From NCBI GenBank assembly GCA_964016885.1, contig OZ024743.1, positions 186,434,001 through 186,498,000 on the forward strand: a DNA stretch of 64,000 nt, in the 5' to 3' direction. Both the position numbers and the translations under genes were made by a program. This document shows positions 43,991 through 59,400 of the stretch, piece after piece (position 1 is the first letter of the stretch; each line of letters begins with the position of its first letter). A model generated the notes under the pieces. The model was given only the letters and a program-made list of their open reading frames with translations, searched no databases and was not told where the DNA came from. This stretch comes from Eledone cirrhosa. Its lineage: Eukaryota.

Positions 43991-46789
43991 ATTTATAACA
44001 TAGTATAACAGTAATAATTGATGGTAGTGTTTCACTCCTAAGTGAGCTCTAACTACTATATCTATAACATAGTATAACAGTAATAATTGATGGTAGTGTT
44101 TCACTTCTAGGTCAGCTCTTACCACTATATCTATAACATAGTATAACAGTAATAATTGATGGTAGTGTTTCACTCCTAAGTCAGCTCTAACTACTATATC
44201 TATAACATAGTATAACAGTAATAACTGATGGTAGTGTTTCACTCCTAAGTCAGCTCTAACTACTATATCTATAACATAGTATAACAGTAATAATTGATGG
44301 TAGTGTTTCACTCCTAAGTCAACTCTAACTACTATATCTATAACATAGTATAACAGTAATAATTGATGGTAGTGTGTCACTCCTAGGTCAGCTCTAACTA
44401 CTATATCTATAACATAGTATAACAGTAATAATTGATGGTAGTGTTTAACTCCTAACTAAGCTCTGACTACTATATCTATAACATAGTATAACAGTAATAA
44501 CTGATGGTAGTGTTTCACTCCTAGGTCAGCTCTAACTACTATATCTATAACATAGTATAACAGGAATAATTGATGGTAGTGTTTCACTTCTAGGTCAGCT
44601 CTAACTACTATATCTATAACATAGTATAACAGTAATAACTGATGGTAGTGTTTCACTCCTAGGCCAGCTCTAACTTGTATATATATAACATAGTATAACA
44701 GTAATAACTGATGGTAGTGTTTCACTCCTAGGTCAGCTCTGACTACTATATCTATAACATAGTATAACAGTAATAATTGATGGTAGTGTTACACTCCTAG
44801 GTCACCTCTAACTACTATATCTATAACATAGTATAACAGTAATAATTGATGGTAGTGTTTCACTCCTAAGTGAGCTCTGACTAATATATCTATAACATAG
44901 TATAACAGTAATAATTGATGGTAGTGTTTCACTCCTAGGTCAGCTCTAACTACTATATATATAACATAGTATAACAGTAATAATTGATGGTAGTGTTTCA
45001 CTCCTAAGTCAGCTCTAACTACTATATCTATAACACAGTATAACAGTAATAATTGATGGTAGTGTTTCACTCCTAGGTCATCTCTAACTACTATATCTAT
45101 AACATAGTATAACAGTAATAATTGATGGTAGTGTTTCACTCCTAGGTCATCTCTAACTACTATATCTATAACATAGTATAACAGTAATAATTGATGGTAG
45201 TGTTTCACTCCTAGGTAATCTCTAACTACTATATCTATAAAATAGTATAACAGTAATAATTGATGGTAGTGTTTCACTCCTAGGTCAGCTCTAACTACTA
45301 TATCTATAACATAGTATAACAGTACATACTGATGGTAGTGTTTCACTCCTAAGTCAGCTCTAACTACTATATCTATAACATAGTATAACAGTACATACTG
45401 ATGGTAGTGTTTCACTCTTAAGTCAGCTCTAGCTACTATATCTATAACATAGTATAACAGTAATAACTGATGGTAGTGTTTCACTCCTAGGTCTGCTCTA
45501 ACTACTATATCTATAACATAGTATACCACTAATAATTGATGGTAGTGTTACACTCCTAAGTCAGCTCTAACTACTATATCTATAACATAGTATAACAGTA
45601 ATAACTGATGGTAGTGTTTCACTCCTAGGCCAGCTCTGACTACTATATCTATAACATAGTATAAAAGTAATAATTGATGGTAGTGTTTCACTCCTAAGTG
45701 AGCTCTAACTACTATATCTATAACATAGTATAACAGTAATAATTGATGGTAGTGTTTCACTCCTAGGTCAGCTCTAACTACTATATCTATAACATAGTAT
45801 AACAGTAATAATTGATGGTAGTGTTTCACTCCTAAGTCAGCTCTAACTACTATATCTATAACATAGTATAACAGTAATAATTGATGGTAGTGTTTAACTC
45901 CTAGGTCAGCTCTGACTACTATATCTATAACATAGTATAACAGTAATAATTGATGGTAGTGTTTCACTCCTAAGTCAGCTCTAACTACTATATCTATAAC
46001 ATAGTATAACAGTAATAATTGATGGTAGTGTTTCATTCCTAAGTCAGCTCTAACTACTATATCTATAACATAGTATAACAGTAATAATTTGATGGTAGTG
46101 TTTCACTCCTAAGTCAGCTCTGACTACTATATCTATAACATAGTATAACAGTAATAATTGATGGTATTGTTTCACTCCTAAGTCAGCTGTAACTACTATA
46201 TCTATAACATAGTATAACAGTAATAATTGATGGTAGTGTTTCACTCCTAAGTCAGCCCTAACTACTATATCTATAACATAGTATAACAGTAATAATTTGA
46301 TGGTAGTGTTTCACTCCTAGGTCAGCTCTGACTACTATATCTATAACACAGTATAACAGTAATAATTGATGGTAGTGTTTCCCTCCTAGGTCAGCTCTAA
46401 CTTGTATATCTATAACATAGTATAACAGTAATAATTGATGGTAGTGTTTAACTCCTAAGTCAGCTCTAACTACTATATCTATAACATAGTATAACAGTAA
46501 TAATTGATGGTAGTGTTTCACTCCTAGGTCAGCTCTAACTACTATATCTATAACATAGTATAACAGTAATAATTTGATGGTAGTGTTTCACTCCTAGGTC
46601 AGCTCTGACTACTATATCTATAACATAGTATAACAGTAATAATTGATGGTAATGATTCACTCCTAAGTCAGCTCTAACTACTATATCTATAACATAGTAT
46701 AACAGTAATAATTGATGGTAGTGTTTCACTCCTAAGTCAGCTCTAACTACTATATCTATAACACAGTATAACAGTAATAATTGATGGTA

Positions 46790-49700
46790 GTGTTTCACTC
46801 CTAAGTCAGCTCTAGCTACTATATCTATAACATAGTATAACAGTAATAACTGATGGTAGTGTTTCACTGCTAGGTCTGCTCTAACTACTATATCTATAAC
46901 CTAGTATAACAGTAATAATTGATGGTAGTGTGTCACTCCTAGGTCAGCTCTAACTACTATATCTATAACATAGTATAACAGTAATAATTGATGGTAGTGT
47001 TTCACTCGTAGATCAGCTCTGACTACTATATCTATAACATAGTATAACAGTAATAATTGATGGTAGTGTTTCACTTCTAGGTCAGCTCTAACTACTATAT
47101 CTATAACATAGTATAACAGTAATAATTGATGGTAGTGTTACACTCCTAGGTCAGCTCTAACTACTATATCTATAACATAGTATAACATTAATAATTGATG
47201 GTAGTGTTTCACTCCTAAGTCAGCTCTAACTACTATATCTATAACATAGTATAACAGTAATAATTGATGGTAGTGTTTCACTTCTAGGTCAGCTCTAACT
47301 ACTATATCTATAACATAGTATAGCAGTAATAATTGATGGTAGTGTTTCACTCCTAGGTCAGCTCTAACTACTATATCTATAACATAGTATAACAGTAATA
47401 ACTGATGGTAGTGTTTCACTCCTAAGTCAGCTCTAACTACTATATCTATAACATAGTATAACAGTAATAATTGATGGTAGTGTTTCACTCCTAAGTCAGC
47501 TCTAACTACTATATTTATAACATAGTATAACAGTAATAATTGATGGTAGTGTTTCACTCCTAAGTGAGCTCTAACTACTATATCTATAACATAGTATAAC
47601 AGTAATAATTGATGGTAGTGTTTCACTTCTAGGTCAGCTCTTACCACTATATCTATAACATAGTATAACAGTAATAATTGATGGTAGTGTTTCACTCCTA
47701 AGTCAGCTCTAACTACTATATCTATAACATAGTATAACAGTAATAACTGATGGTAGTGTTTCACTCCTAGGTCAGCTCTAACTACTATATCTATAACATA
47801 GTATAACAGTAATAATTGATGGTAGTGTTTCACTCCTAAGTCAACTCTAACTACTATATCTATAACATAGTATAACAGTAATAATTGATGGTAGTGTGTC
47901 ACTCCTAGGTCAGCTCTAACTACTATATCTATAACATAGTATAACAGTAATAATTGATGGTAGTGTTTAACTCCTAACTAAGCTCTGACTACTATATCTA
48001 TAACATAGTATAACAGTAATAACTGATGGTAGTGTTTCACTCCTAGGTCAGCTCTAACTACTATATCTATAACATAGTATAACAGGAATAATTGATGGTA
48101 GTGTTTCACTTCTAGGTCAGCTCTAACTACTATATCTATAACATAGTATAACAGTAATAACTGATGGTAGTGTTTCACTCCTAGGCCAGCTCTAACTTGT
48201 ATATATATAACATAGTATAACAGTAATAACTGATGGTAGTGTTTCACTCCTAGGTCAGCTCTGACTACTATATCTATAACATAGTATAACAGTAATAATT
48301 GATGGTAGTGTTTCACTCCTAAGTGAGCTCTGACTAATATATCTATAACATAGTATAACAGTAATAATTGATGGTAGTGTTTCACTCCTAGGTCAGCTCT
48401 AACTACTATATATATAACATAGTATAACAGTAATAATTGATGGTAGTGTTTCACTCCTAAGTCAACTCTAACTACTATATCTATAACATAGTATAACAGT
48501 AATAATTGATGGTAGTGTGTCACTCCTAGGTCAGCTCTAACTACTATATCTATAACATAGTATAACAGTAATAATTGATGGTAGTGTTTCACTCCTAGGT
48601 CAGCTCTAACTACTATATCTATAACATAGTATAACAGTAATAATTGATGGTAGTGTTTCACTCCTAAGTCAGCTCTAACTACTATATCTATAACACAGTA
48701 TAACAGTAATAATTGATGGTAGTGTTTCACTCCTAGGTCATCTCTAAGTACTATATCTATAACATAGTATAACAGTAATAATTGATGGTAGTGTTTCACT
48801 CCTAGGTCATCTCTAACTACTATATCTATAACATAGTATAACAGTAATAATTGATGGTAGTGTTTCACTCCTAGGTAATCTCTAACTACTATATCTATAA
48901 AATAGTATAACAGTAATAATTGATGGTAGTGTTTCACTCCTAGGTCAGCTCTAACTACTATATCTATAACATAGTATAACAGTACATACTGATGGTAGTG
49001 TTTCACTCCTAAGTCAGCTCTAACTACTATATCTATAACATAGTATAACAGTACATACTGATGGTAGTGTTTCACTCTTAAGTCAGCTCTAGCTACTATA
49101 TCTATAACATAGTATAACAGTAATAACTGATGGTAGTGTTTCACTCCTAGGTCTGCTCTAACTACTATATCTATAACATAGTATACCACTAATAATTGAT
49201 GGTAGTGTTACACTCCTAAGTCAGCTCTAACTACTATATCTATAACATAGTATAACAGTAATAACTGATGGTAGTGTTTCACTCCTAGGCCAGCTCTGAC
49301 TACTATATCTATAACATAGTATAAAAGTAATAATTGATGGTAGTGTTTCACTCCTAAGTGAGCTCTAACTACTATATCTATAACATAGTATAACAGTAAT
49401 AATTGATGGTAGTGTTTCACTCCTAGGTCAGCTCTAACTACTATATCTATAACATAGTATAACAGTAATAATTGATGGTAGTGTTTCACTCCTAAGTCAG
49501 CTCTAACTACTATATCTATAACATAGTATAACAGTAATAATTGATGGTAGTGTTTCACTCTTAGGTCAGCTCTGACTAATATATCTATAACATAGTATAA
49601 CAGTAATAATTGATGGTAGTGTTTAACTCCTAGGTCAGCTCTGACTACTATATCTATAACATAGTATAACAGTAATAATTGATGGTAGTGTTTAACTCCT

Positions 49701-52700
49701 AGGTCTGCTCTGACTACTATATCTATAACATAGTATAACAGTAATAATTGATGGTAGTGTTTAACTCCTAGGTCAGCTCTGACTACTATATCTATAACAT
49801 AGTATAACAGTAATAATTGATGGTAGTGTTTCACTCCTAAGTCAGCTCTAACTACTATATCTATAACATAGTATAACAGTAATAATTGATGGTAGTGTTT
49901 CATTCCTAAGTCAGCTCTAACTACTATATCTATAACATAGTATAACAGTAATAACTGATGGTAGTGTTTCACTCCTAGGTCAGCTCTAACTACTATATCT
50001 AAAACATAGTATAACAGTAATAATTGATGGTAGTGTTTCACTCCTAAGTCAGCTCTAACTACTATATCTATAACATAGTATAACAGTAATAATCGATGGT
50101 AGTGTTTCACTCCTAGATCAGCTCTGACTACTATATCTATAACATAGTATAACAGTAATAATTGATGGTAGTGTTTCACTCCTAAGTCAGCTCTAACTAC
50201 TATATCTACAACATAGTATAACAGTAATAATTGATGGAAGTATTTCACTCCTAAGTCAGCTCTAACTACTATATCTATAACATAGTATAACACTAATAAT
50301 TGATGGTAGTGTTTCACTCCTAGGTCTGCTCTAACTACTATATCTATAACATAGTATAACAGTAATAATTGATGGTAGTGTTTCACCCCTAAATAAGCTC
50401 TGACTACTATACCTATAACATAGTATAACATTAATAATTGATGGTAGTGTTGCACTTCTTGGTCATCTCTAACTACTATATCTATAACATAGTATAACAG
50501 TAATAATTGATGGTAGTATTTCACTCCTAGATCAGCTCTGACTACTATATCTATAACATAGTATAACAGTAATAATTGATGGTAGTGTTTCACTCCTAAG
50601 TCAGCTCTAACTACTATATCTATAACAGAGTATGACAGTAATAATCGATGGTAGTGTTTCACTTCTAGGTCAGCTCTAACTACTATATCTATAACATAGT
50701 ATAACAGTAATAATTGATGGTAGTGTTTCACTCCTAAGTCAGCTCTAACTACTATATCTATAACATAGTATAACAGTAATAATTGATGGTAGTGTTTCAC
50801 TCCTAATTCAGCTCTAACTACTATATCTATAACATAGTATAACAGTAATAACTGATGGTAGTGTTTAACTCCTAAGTCAGCTCTGACTACTATATCTATA
50901 ACATAGTATAACAGTAATAACTGATGGTAGTGTTTAACTCCTAAGTCAGCTCTGACTACTATATCTATAACATAGTATAATAGTAATAATTGATGGTATT
51001 GTTTCACTCCTAAGTCAGCTCTGACTACTATATCTATAACATAGTATAACAGTAATAATTGATGGTAGTGTTTCACTCCTAAGTCAGCTCTAACTACTAG
51101 ATCTATAACATAGTATAACAGTAATAATTTGATGGTAGTGTTTCACTCCTAAGTCAGCTCTGACTACTATATCTATAACATAGTATAACAGTAATAATTG
51201 ATGGTATTGTTTCACTCCTAAGTGAGCTCTAACTACTATATCTATAACATAGTATAACAGTAATAATTGATGGTAGTGTTTCACTCCTAGGTCAGCTCTA
51301 ACTACTATATCTATAACATAGTATAACAGTAATAATTGATGGTAGTGTTTCACTCCTAAGTCAGCTCTAACTACTATATCTATAACATAGTATAACAGTA
51401 ATAATTGATGGTAGTGTTTCACTCTTAGGTCAGCTCTGACTAATATATCTATAACATAGTATAACAGTAATAATTGATGGTAGTGTTTAACTCCTAGGTC
51501 AGCTCTGACTACTATATCTATAACATAGTATAACAGTAATAATTGATGGTAGTGTTTAACTCCTAGGTCTGCTCTGACTACTATATCTATAACATAGTAT
51601 AACAGTAATAATTGATGGTAGTGTTTAACTCCTAGGTCAGCTCTGACTACTATATCTATAACATAGTATAACAGTAATAATTGATGGTAGTGTTTCACTC
51701 TTAGGTCAGCTCTGACTAATATATCTATAACATAGTATAACAGTAATAATTGATGGTAGTGTTTAACTCCTAGGTAATCTCTAACTACTATATCTATAAC
51801 ATAGTATAACAGTAATAACTGATGGTAGTGTTTCACTCCTAAGTCAGTTCTAACTACTATATATATAACATAGTATAACAGTAATAACTGATGGTAGTGT
51901 TTCACTCCTAGGTCAGCTCTAACTTCTATATCTATAACATAGTATAACAGTAATAATTGATGGTAATGATTCACTCCTAAGTCAGCTCTAACTACTATAT
52001 CTATAACATAGTATAACAGTAATAATTGATGGTAGTGTTTCACTCCTAAGTCAGCTCTAACTACTATATCTATAACATAGTATAACAGTAATAATTGATG
52101 GTAGAGTTTCACTCCTAAGTCAGCTCTAGCTACTATATCTATAACATAGTATAACAGTAATAACTGATGGTAGTGTTTCACTGCTAGGTCTGCTCTAACT
52201 ACTATATCTATAACCTAGTATAACAGTAATAATTGATGGTAGTGTGTCACTCCTAGGTCAGCTCTAACTACTATATCTATAACATAGTATAACAGTAATA
52301 ATTGATGGTAGTGTTTCACTCGTAGATCAGCTCTGACTACTATATCTATAACATAGTATAACAGTAATAATTGATGGTAGTGTTTCACTTCTAGGTCAGC
52401 TCTAACTACTATATCTATAACATAGTATAACAGTAATAATTGATGGTAGTGTTACACTCCTAGGTCAGCTCTAACTACTATATCTATAACATAGTATAAC
52501 ATTAATAATTGATGGTAGTGTTTCACTCCTAAGTCAGCTCTAACTACTATATCTATAACATAGTATAACAGTAATAATTGATGGTAGTGTTTCACTTCTA
52601 GGTCAGCTCTAACTACTATATCTATAACATAGTATAGCAGTAATAATTGATGGTAGTGTTTCACTCCTAGGTCAGCTCTAACTACTATATCTATAACATA

Positions 52701-55700
52701 GTATAACAGTAATAACTGATGGTAGTGTTTCACTCCTAAGTCAGCTCTAACTACTATATCTATAACATAGTATAACAGTAATAATTGATGGTAGTGTTTC
52801 ACTCCTAAGTCAGCTCTAACTACTATATTTATAACATAGTATAACAGTAATAATTGATGGTAGTGTTTCACTCCTAAGTGAGCTCTAACTACTATATCTA
52901 TAACATAGTATAACAGTAATAATTTATGGTAGTGTTTCACTTCTAGGTCAGCTCTTACCACTATATCTATAACATAGTATAACAGTAATAATTGATGGTA
53001 GTGTTTCACTCCTAAGTCAGCTCTAACTACTATATCTATAACATAGTATAACAGTAATAACTGATGGTAGTGTTTCACTCCTAGGTCAGCTCTAACTACT
53101 ATATCTATAACATAGTATAACAGTAATAATTGATGGTAGTGTTTCACTCCTAAGTCAACTCTAACTACTATATCTATAACATAGTATAACAGTAATAATT
53201 GATGGTAGTGTGTCACTCCTAGGTCAGCTCTAACTACTATATCTATAACATAGTATAACAGTAATAATTGATGGTAGTGTTTAACTCCTAACTAAGCTCT
53301 GACTACTATATCTATAACATAGTATAACAGTAATAACTGATGGTAGTGTTTCACTCCTAGGTCAGCTCTAACTACTATATCTATAACATAGTATAACAGG
53401 AATAATTGATGGTAGTGTTTCACTTCTAGGTCAGCTCTAACTACTATATCTATAACATAGTATAACAGTAATAACTGATGGTAGTGTTTCACTCCTAGGC
53501 CAGCTCTAACTTGTATATATATAACATAGTATAACAGTAATAACTGATGGTAGTGTTTCACTCCTAGGTCAGCTCTGACTACTATATCTATAACATAGTA
53601 TAACAGTAATAATTGATGGTAGTGTTTCACTCCTAAGTGAGCTCTGACTAATATATCTATAACATAGTATAACAGTAATAATTGATGGTAGTGTTTCACT
53701 CCTAGGTCAGCTCTAACTACTATATATATAACATAGTATAACAGTAATAATTGATGGTAGTGTTTCACTCCTAAGTCAACTCTAACTACTATATCTATAA
53801 CATAGTATAACAGTAATAATTGATGGTAGTGTGTCACTCCTAGGTCAGCTCTAACTACTATATCTATAACATAGTATAACAGTAATAATTGATGGTAGTG
53901 TTTCACTCCTAGGTCAGCTCTAACTACTATATCTATAACATAGTATAACAGTAATAATTGATGGTAGTGTTTCACTCCTAAGTCAGCTCTAACTACTATA
54001 TCTATAACACAGTATAACAGTAATAATTGATGGTAGTGTTTCACTCCTAGGTCATCTCTAAGTACTATATCTATAACATAGTATAACAGTAATAATTGAT
54101 GGTAGTGTTTCACTCCTAGGTCATCTCTAACTACTATTTCTATAACATAGTATAACAGTAATTATTGATGGTAGTGTTTCACTCCTAGGTAATCTCTAAC
54201 TACTATATCTATAAAATAGTATAACAGTAATAATTGATGGTAGTGTTTCACTCCTAGGTCAGCTCTAACTACTATATCTATAACATAGTATAACAGTACA
54301 TACTGATGGTAGTGTTTCACTCCTAAGTCAGCTCTAACTACTATATCTATAACATAGTATAACAGTACATACTGATGGTAGTGTTTCACTCCTAGGTCTG
54401 CTCTAACTACTATATCTATAACATAGTATACCACTAATAATTGATGGTAGTGTTACACTCCTAAGTCAGCTCTAACTACTATATCTATAACATAGTATAA
54501 CAGTAATAACTGATGGTAGTGTTTCACTCCTAGGCCAGCTCTGACTACTATATCTATAACATAGTATAAAAGTAATAATTGATGGTAGTGTTTCACTCCT
54601 AAGTGAGCTCTAACTACTATATCTATAACATAGTATAACAGTAATAATTGATTGCAGTGTTTCACTCCTAGGTCAGCTCTAACTACTATATCTATAACAT
54701 AGTATAACAGTAATAATTGATGGTAGTGTTTCACTCCTAAGTCAGCTCTAACTACTATATCTATAACATAGTATAACAGTAATAATTGATGGTAGTGTTT
54801 CACTCTTAGGTCTGCTCTGACTAATATATCTATAACATAGTATAACAGTAATAATTGATGGTAGTGTTTAACTCCTAGGTCAGCTCTGACTACTATATCT
54901 ATAACATAGTATAACAGTAATAATTGATGGTAGTGTTTAACTCCTAGGTCTGCTCTGACTACTATATCTATAACATAGTATAACAGTAATAATTGATGGT
55001 AGTGTTTAACTCCTAGGTCAGCTCTGACTACTATATCTATAACATAGTATAACAGTAATAATTGATGGTAGTGTTTCACTCCTAAGTCAGCTCTAACTAC
55101 TATATCTATAACATAGTATAACAGTAATAATTGATGGTAGTGTTTCATTCCTAAGTCAGCTCTAACTACTATATCTATAACATAGTATAACAGTAATAAC
55201 TGATGGTAGTGTTTCACTCCTAGGTCAGCTCTAACTACTATATCTAAAACATAGTATAACAGTAATAATTGATGGTAGTGTTTCACTCCTAAGTCAGCTC
55301 TAACTACTATATCTATAACATAGTATAACAGTAATAATCGATGGTAGTGTTTCACTCCTAGATCAGCTCTGACTACTATATCTATAACATAGTATAACAG
55401 TAATAATTGATGGTAGTGTTTCACTCCTAAGTCAGCTCTAACTACTATATCTACAACATAGTATAACAGTAATAATTGATGGAAGTATTTCACTCCTAAG
55501 TCAGCTCTAACTACTATATCTATAACATAGTATAACACTAATAATTGATGGTAGTGTTTCACTCCTAGGTCTGCTCTAACTACTATATCTATAACATAGT
55601 ATAACAGTAATAATTGATGGTAGTGTTTCACCCCTAAATAAGCTCTGACTACTATACCTATAACATAGTATAACATTAATAATTGATGGTAGTGTTGCAC

Positions 55701-56465
55701 TGCTTGGTCATCTCTAACTACTATATCTATAACATAGTATAACAGTAATAATTTATGGTAGTATTTCACTCCTAGATCAGCTCTGACTACTATATCTATA
55801 ACATAGTATAACAGTAATAATTGATGGTAGTGTTTCACTCCTAAGTCAGCTCTAACTACTATATCTATAACAGAGTATAACAGTAATAATCGATGGTAGT
55901 GTTTCACTTCTAGGTCAGCTCTAACTACTATATCTATAACATAGTATAACAGTAATAATTGATGGTAGTGTTTCACTCCTAAGTCAGCTCTAACTACTAT
56001 ATCTATAACATAGTATAACAGTAATAATTGATGGTAGTGTTTCACTCCTAATTCAGCTCTAACTACTATATCTATAACATAGTATAACAGTAATAACTGA
56101 TGGTAGTGTTTAACTCCTAAGTCAGCTCTGACTACTATATCTATAACATAGTATAACAGTAATAACTGATGGTAGTGTTTAACTCCTAAGTCAGCTCTGA
56201 CTACTATATCTATAACATAGTATAATAGTAATAATTGATGGTATTGTTTCACTCCTAAGTCAGCTCTGACTACTATATCTATAACATAGTATAACAGTAA
56301 TAATTGATGGTAGTGTTTCACTCCTAAGTCAGCTCTAACTACTATATCTATAACATAGTATAACAGTAATAATTTGATGGTAGTGTTTCACTCCTAAGTC
56401 AGCTCTGACTACTATATCTATAACATAGTATAACAGTAATAATTGATGGTATTGTTTCACTCCTA
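46790..56465. repeat. Large duplication: about 46790-51220 repeated at about 52105-56465
   Basis: The offset is 5314 (77x69+1) for ORFs 47138/52452, then 5245 (76x69+1) for ORFs 49208/54453 after one monomer is lost near 54375. Rare variants CTAAGTAC and AACAGAGTAT are shared. Confidence 0.88.
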
Positions 56466-59400
56466 AGTCAGCTGTAACTACTATATCTATAACATAGTAT
56501 AACAGTAATAATTGATGGTAGTGTTTCACTCCTAAGTCAGCTCTAACTACTATATCTATAACATAGTATAACAGTAATAATTTGATGGTAGTGTTTCACT
56601 CCTAGGTCAGCTCTGACTACTATATCTATAACACAGTATAACAGTAATAATTGATGGTAGTGTTTCCCTCCTAGGTCAGCTCTAACTTGTATATCTATAA
56701 CATAGTATAACAGTAATAATTGATGGTAGTGTTTAACTCCTAAGTCAGCTCTAACTACTATATCTATAACATAGTATAACAGTAATAATTGATGGTAGTG
56801 TTTCACTCCTAGGTCAGCTCTAACTACTATATCTATAACATAGTATAACAGTAATAATTGATGGTAGTGTTTCACTCTTAGGTCAGCTCTGACTAATATA
56901 TCTATAACATAGTATAACAGTAATAATTGATGGTAGTGTTTAACCCCTAGGTCAGCTCTGACTACTATATCTATAACATAGTATAACAGTAATAATTGAT
57001 GGTAGTGTTTAACTCCTAGGTCAGCTCTGACTACTATATCTATAACATAGTATAAAAGTAATAATTGATGGTAGTGTTTCACTCCTAGGTAATCTCTAAC
57101 TACTATATCTATAACATAGTATAACAGTAATAACTGATGGTAGTGTTTCACTCCTAAGTCAGTTCTAACTACTATATATATAACATAGTATAACAGTAAT
57201 AACTGATGGTAGTGTTTCACTCCTAGGTCAGCTCTAACTTCTATATCTATAACATAGTATAACAGTAATAATTGATGGTAATGATTCACTCCTAAGTCAG
57301 CTCTAACTACTATATCTATAACATAGTATAACAGTAATAATTGATGTTAGTGTTTCACTCCTAAGTCAGCTCTAACTACTATATCTATAACATAGTATAA
57401 CAGTAATAATTGATGGTAGTGTTTCACTCCTAAGTCAGCTCTAGCTACTATATCTATAACATAGTATAACAGTAATAACTGATGGTAGTGTTTCACTCCT
57501 AGGTCTGCTCTAACTACTATATCTATAACATAGTATACCACTAATAATTGATGGTAGTGTTTCACTCCTAAGTCAGCTCTAACTACTATATCTATAACAT
57601 AGTATAACAGTAATAACTGATGGTAGTGTTTCACTCCTAGATCAGCTCTAACTTCTATACCTATAACATAGTATAACAGTAATAACTGATGGTAGTGTTT
57701 AACTCCTAAGTCAGCTCTGACTACTATATCTGTAAAATAGTATAATACTAATAATTGATGGTAGTGTTTCACTCCTAGATCAGCTCTAACTACTATATCT
57801 ATAACATAGTATAACAGTAATAATTGATGGTAGTGTTTCACTCGTACGTCGGCTCTGACTACTATATTTATAACATAGTATAATACTAATAATTGATGGT
57901 AGTGTTTCACTCCTAAGTCAGCTCTAACTTCTATATCTATAACATAGTATAACATTAATAATTGATGGTAGTGTTTAATTCCTAAGTCAGCTCTGACTAC
58001 TATATCTATAACATAGTATAACAGTAATAATTCATGGTAGTGTTTCCCTCCTAGGTCAGCTCTAACTTCTATATCTATAACATAGTATAACAGTAATAAT
58101 TGATGGTAGTGTTTCACTCCTAAGTCAGCTCTAACTACAATATCTATAACATAGTATAACAGTAATAATTGATGGTAGTGTTTCACTCCTAAGTCAGCTC
58201 TAACTACTATATCTATAACATAGTATAACAGTAATAATTGATGGTAGTGTTTCACTCCTAGGTCAGCTGTGACTACTATATCTATAACATAGTATAACAG
58301 TAATAATTGATGGTAGTGTTTAACTCCTAAGTCAGCTCTGACTACTATATCTGTAATATAGTATAATACTAATAATTGATGGTAGTGTTTCACTCCTAGA
58401 TCAGCTCTGACTACTATATCTATAACATAGTATAACAGTAATAATTGATGGTAATGTTTCACTCCTAAGTCAGCTCTAACTATTATATCTATAACATAGA
58501 ATAATACTAATAATTGATGGTAGTGTTTCACTCCTAAGTCAGCTCTAACTTCTATATCTATAACATAGTATAACAGTAATAACTGATGGTAGTGTTTCAC
58601 TCCTAGGTCAGCTCAAACTACTATATCTATAACATAGTATAACAGTAATAATTGATGGTAGTGTTTCACTCCTAGATCAGCTCTAACCACTATATCTATA
58701 ACATAGTATAACAGTAATAATTGATGGTACTGTTTCACTCCTAAGTCAGCTCTAACTACTATATCTATAACATAGTATAACAGTAATAATTGATGGTAGT
58801 GTTTCACTCCTAAGTCAGATCTAACTACGATATCTATAACAAAGTATAACAGTAATAATTGATGGTAGTGTTTCACTCCTAGGTCATCTCCAACTACTAT
58901 ATCTATAACATAGTATAACAGTAATAATTGATGGTAGTGATTCACTCCTCAGTCATCTCTAACTACTATATCTATAACATAGTATAACAGTAATAACTGA
59001 TGGTAGTGTTTCAGTCCTAGGTCTGCTCTAACTACTATATCTATAACATAGTATAACAGTAATAATTGATGGTAGTGTTTCACTCCTAGGTCAGCTCTAA
59101 CTACTATATCTATAACATAGTATAACAGTAATAATTGATGGTAGTGTTACACTCCTAGGTCAGCTCTAAATACTATATGTATAACATAGTATAACAGTAA
59201 TGATTGATGGTAGTGTTTCACTCCTAGGTCAGTTCTGACTACTATATCTATAACATAGTATAACAGTAATAATTGATGGTAGTGTTACACTCCTAAGTCA
59301 GCTCTAACTACTATATCTATAACATAGTATAACAGTAATAATTGATGGTAGTGTTTCACCCCTAGGTCAGCTCTAACTACTATATCTATAACATAGTATA

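Larger units (their letters stand above)
28350..54620. repeat. Roughly 5-kb irregular super-period marked by the GTACATACTG variant block (six copies)
   Basis: GTACATACTG monomers lie at 29241/29310, 34210/34279, 39317, 45322/45391, 48982/49051 and 54296/54365. Each set is followed by the GGTCTGC..TATACCACT..GTTACAC and GGCCAGC monomers. Spacings are 4969, 5038, 6074, 3660 and 5314 bp. Confidence 0.8.
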
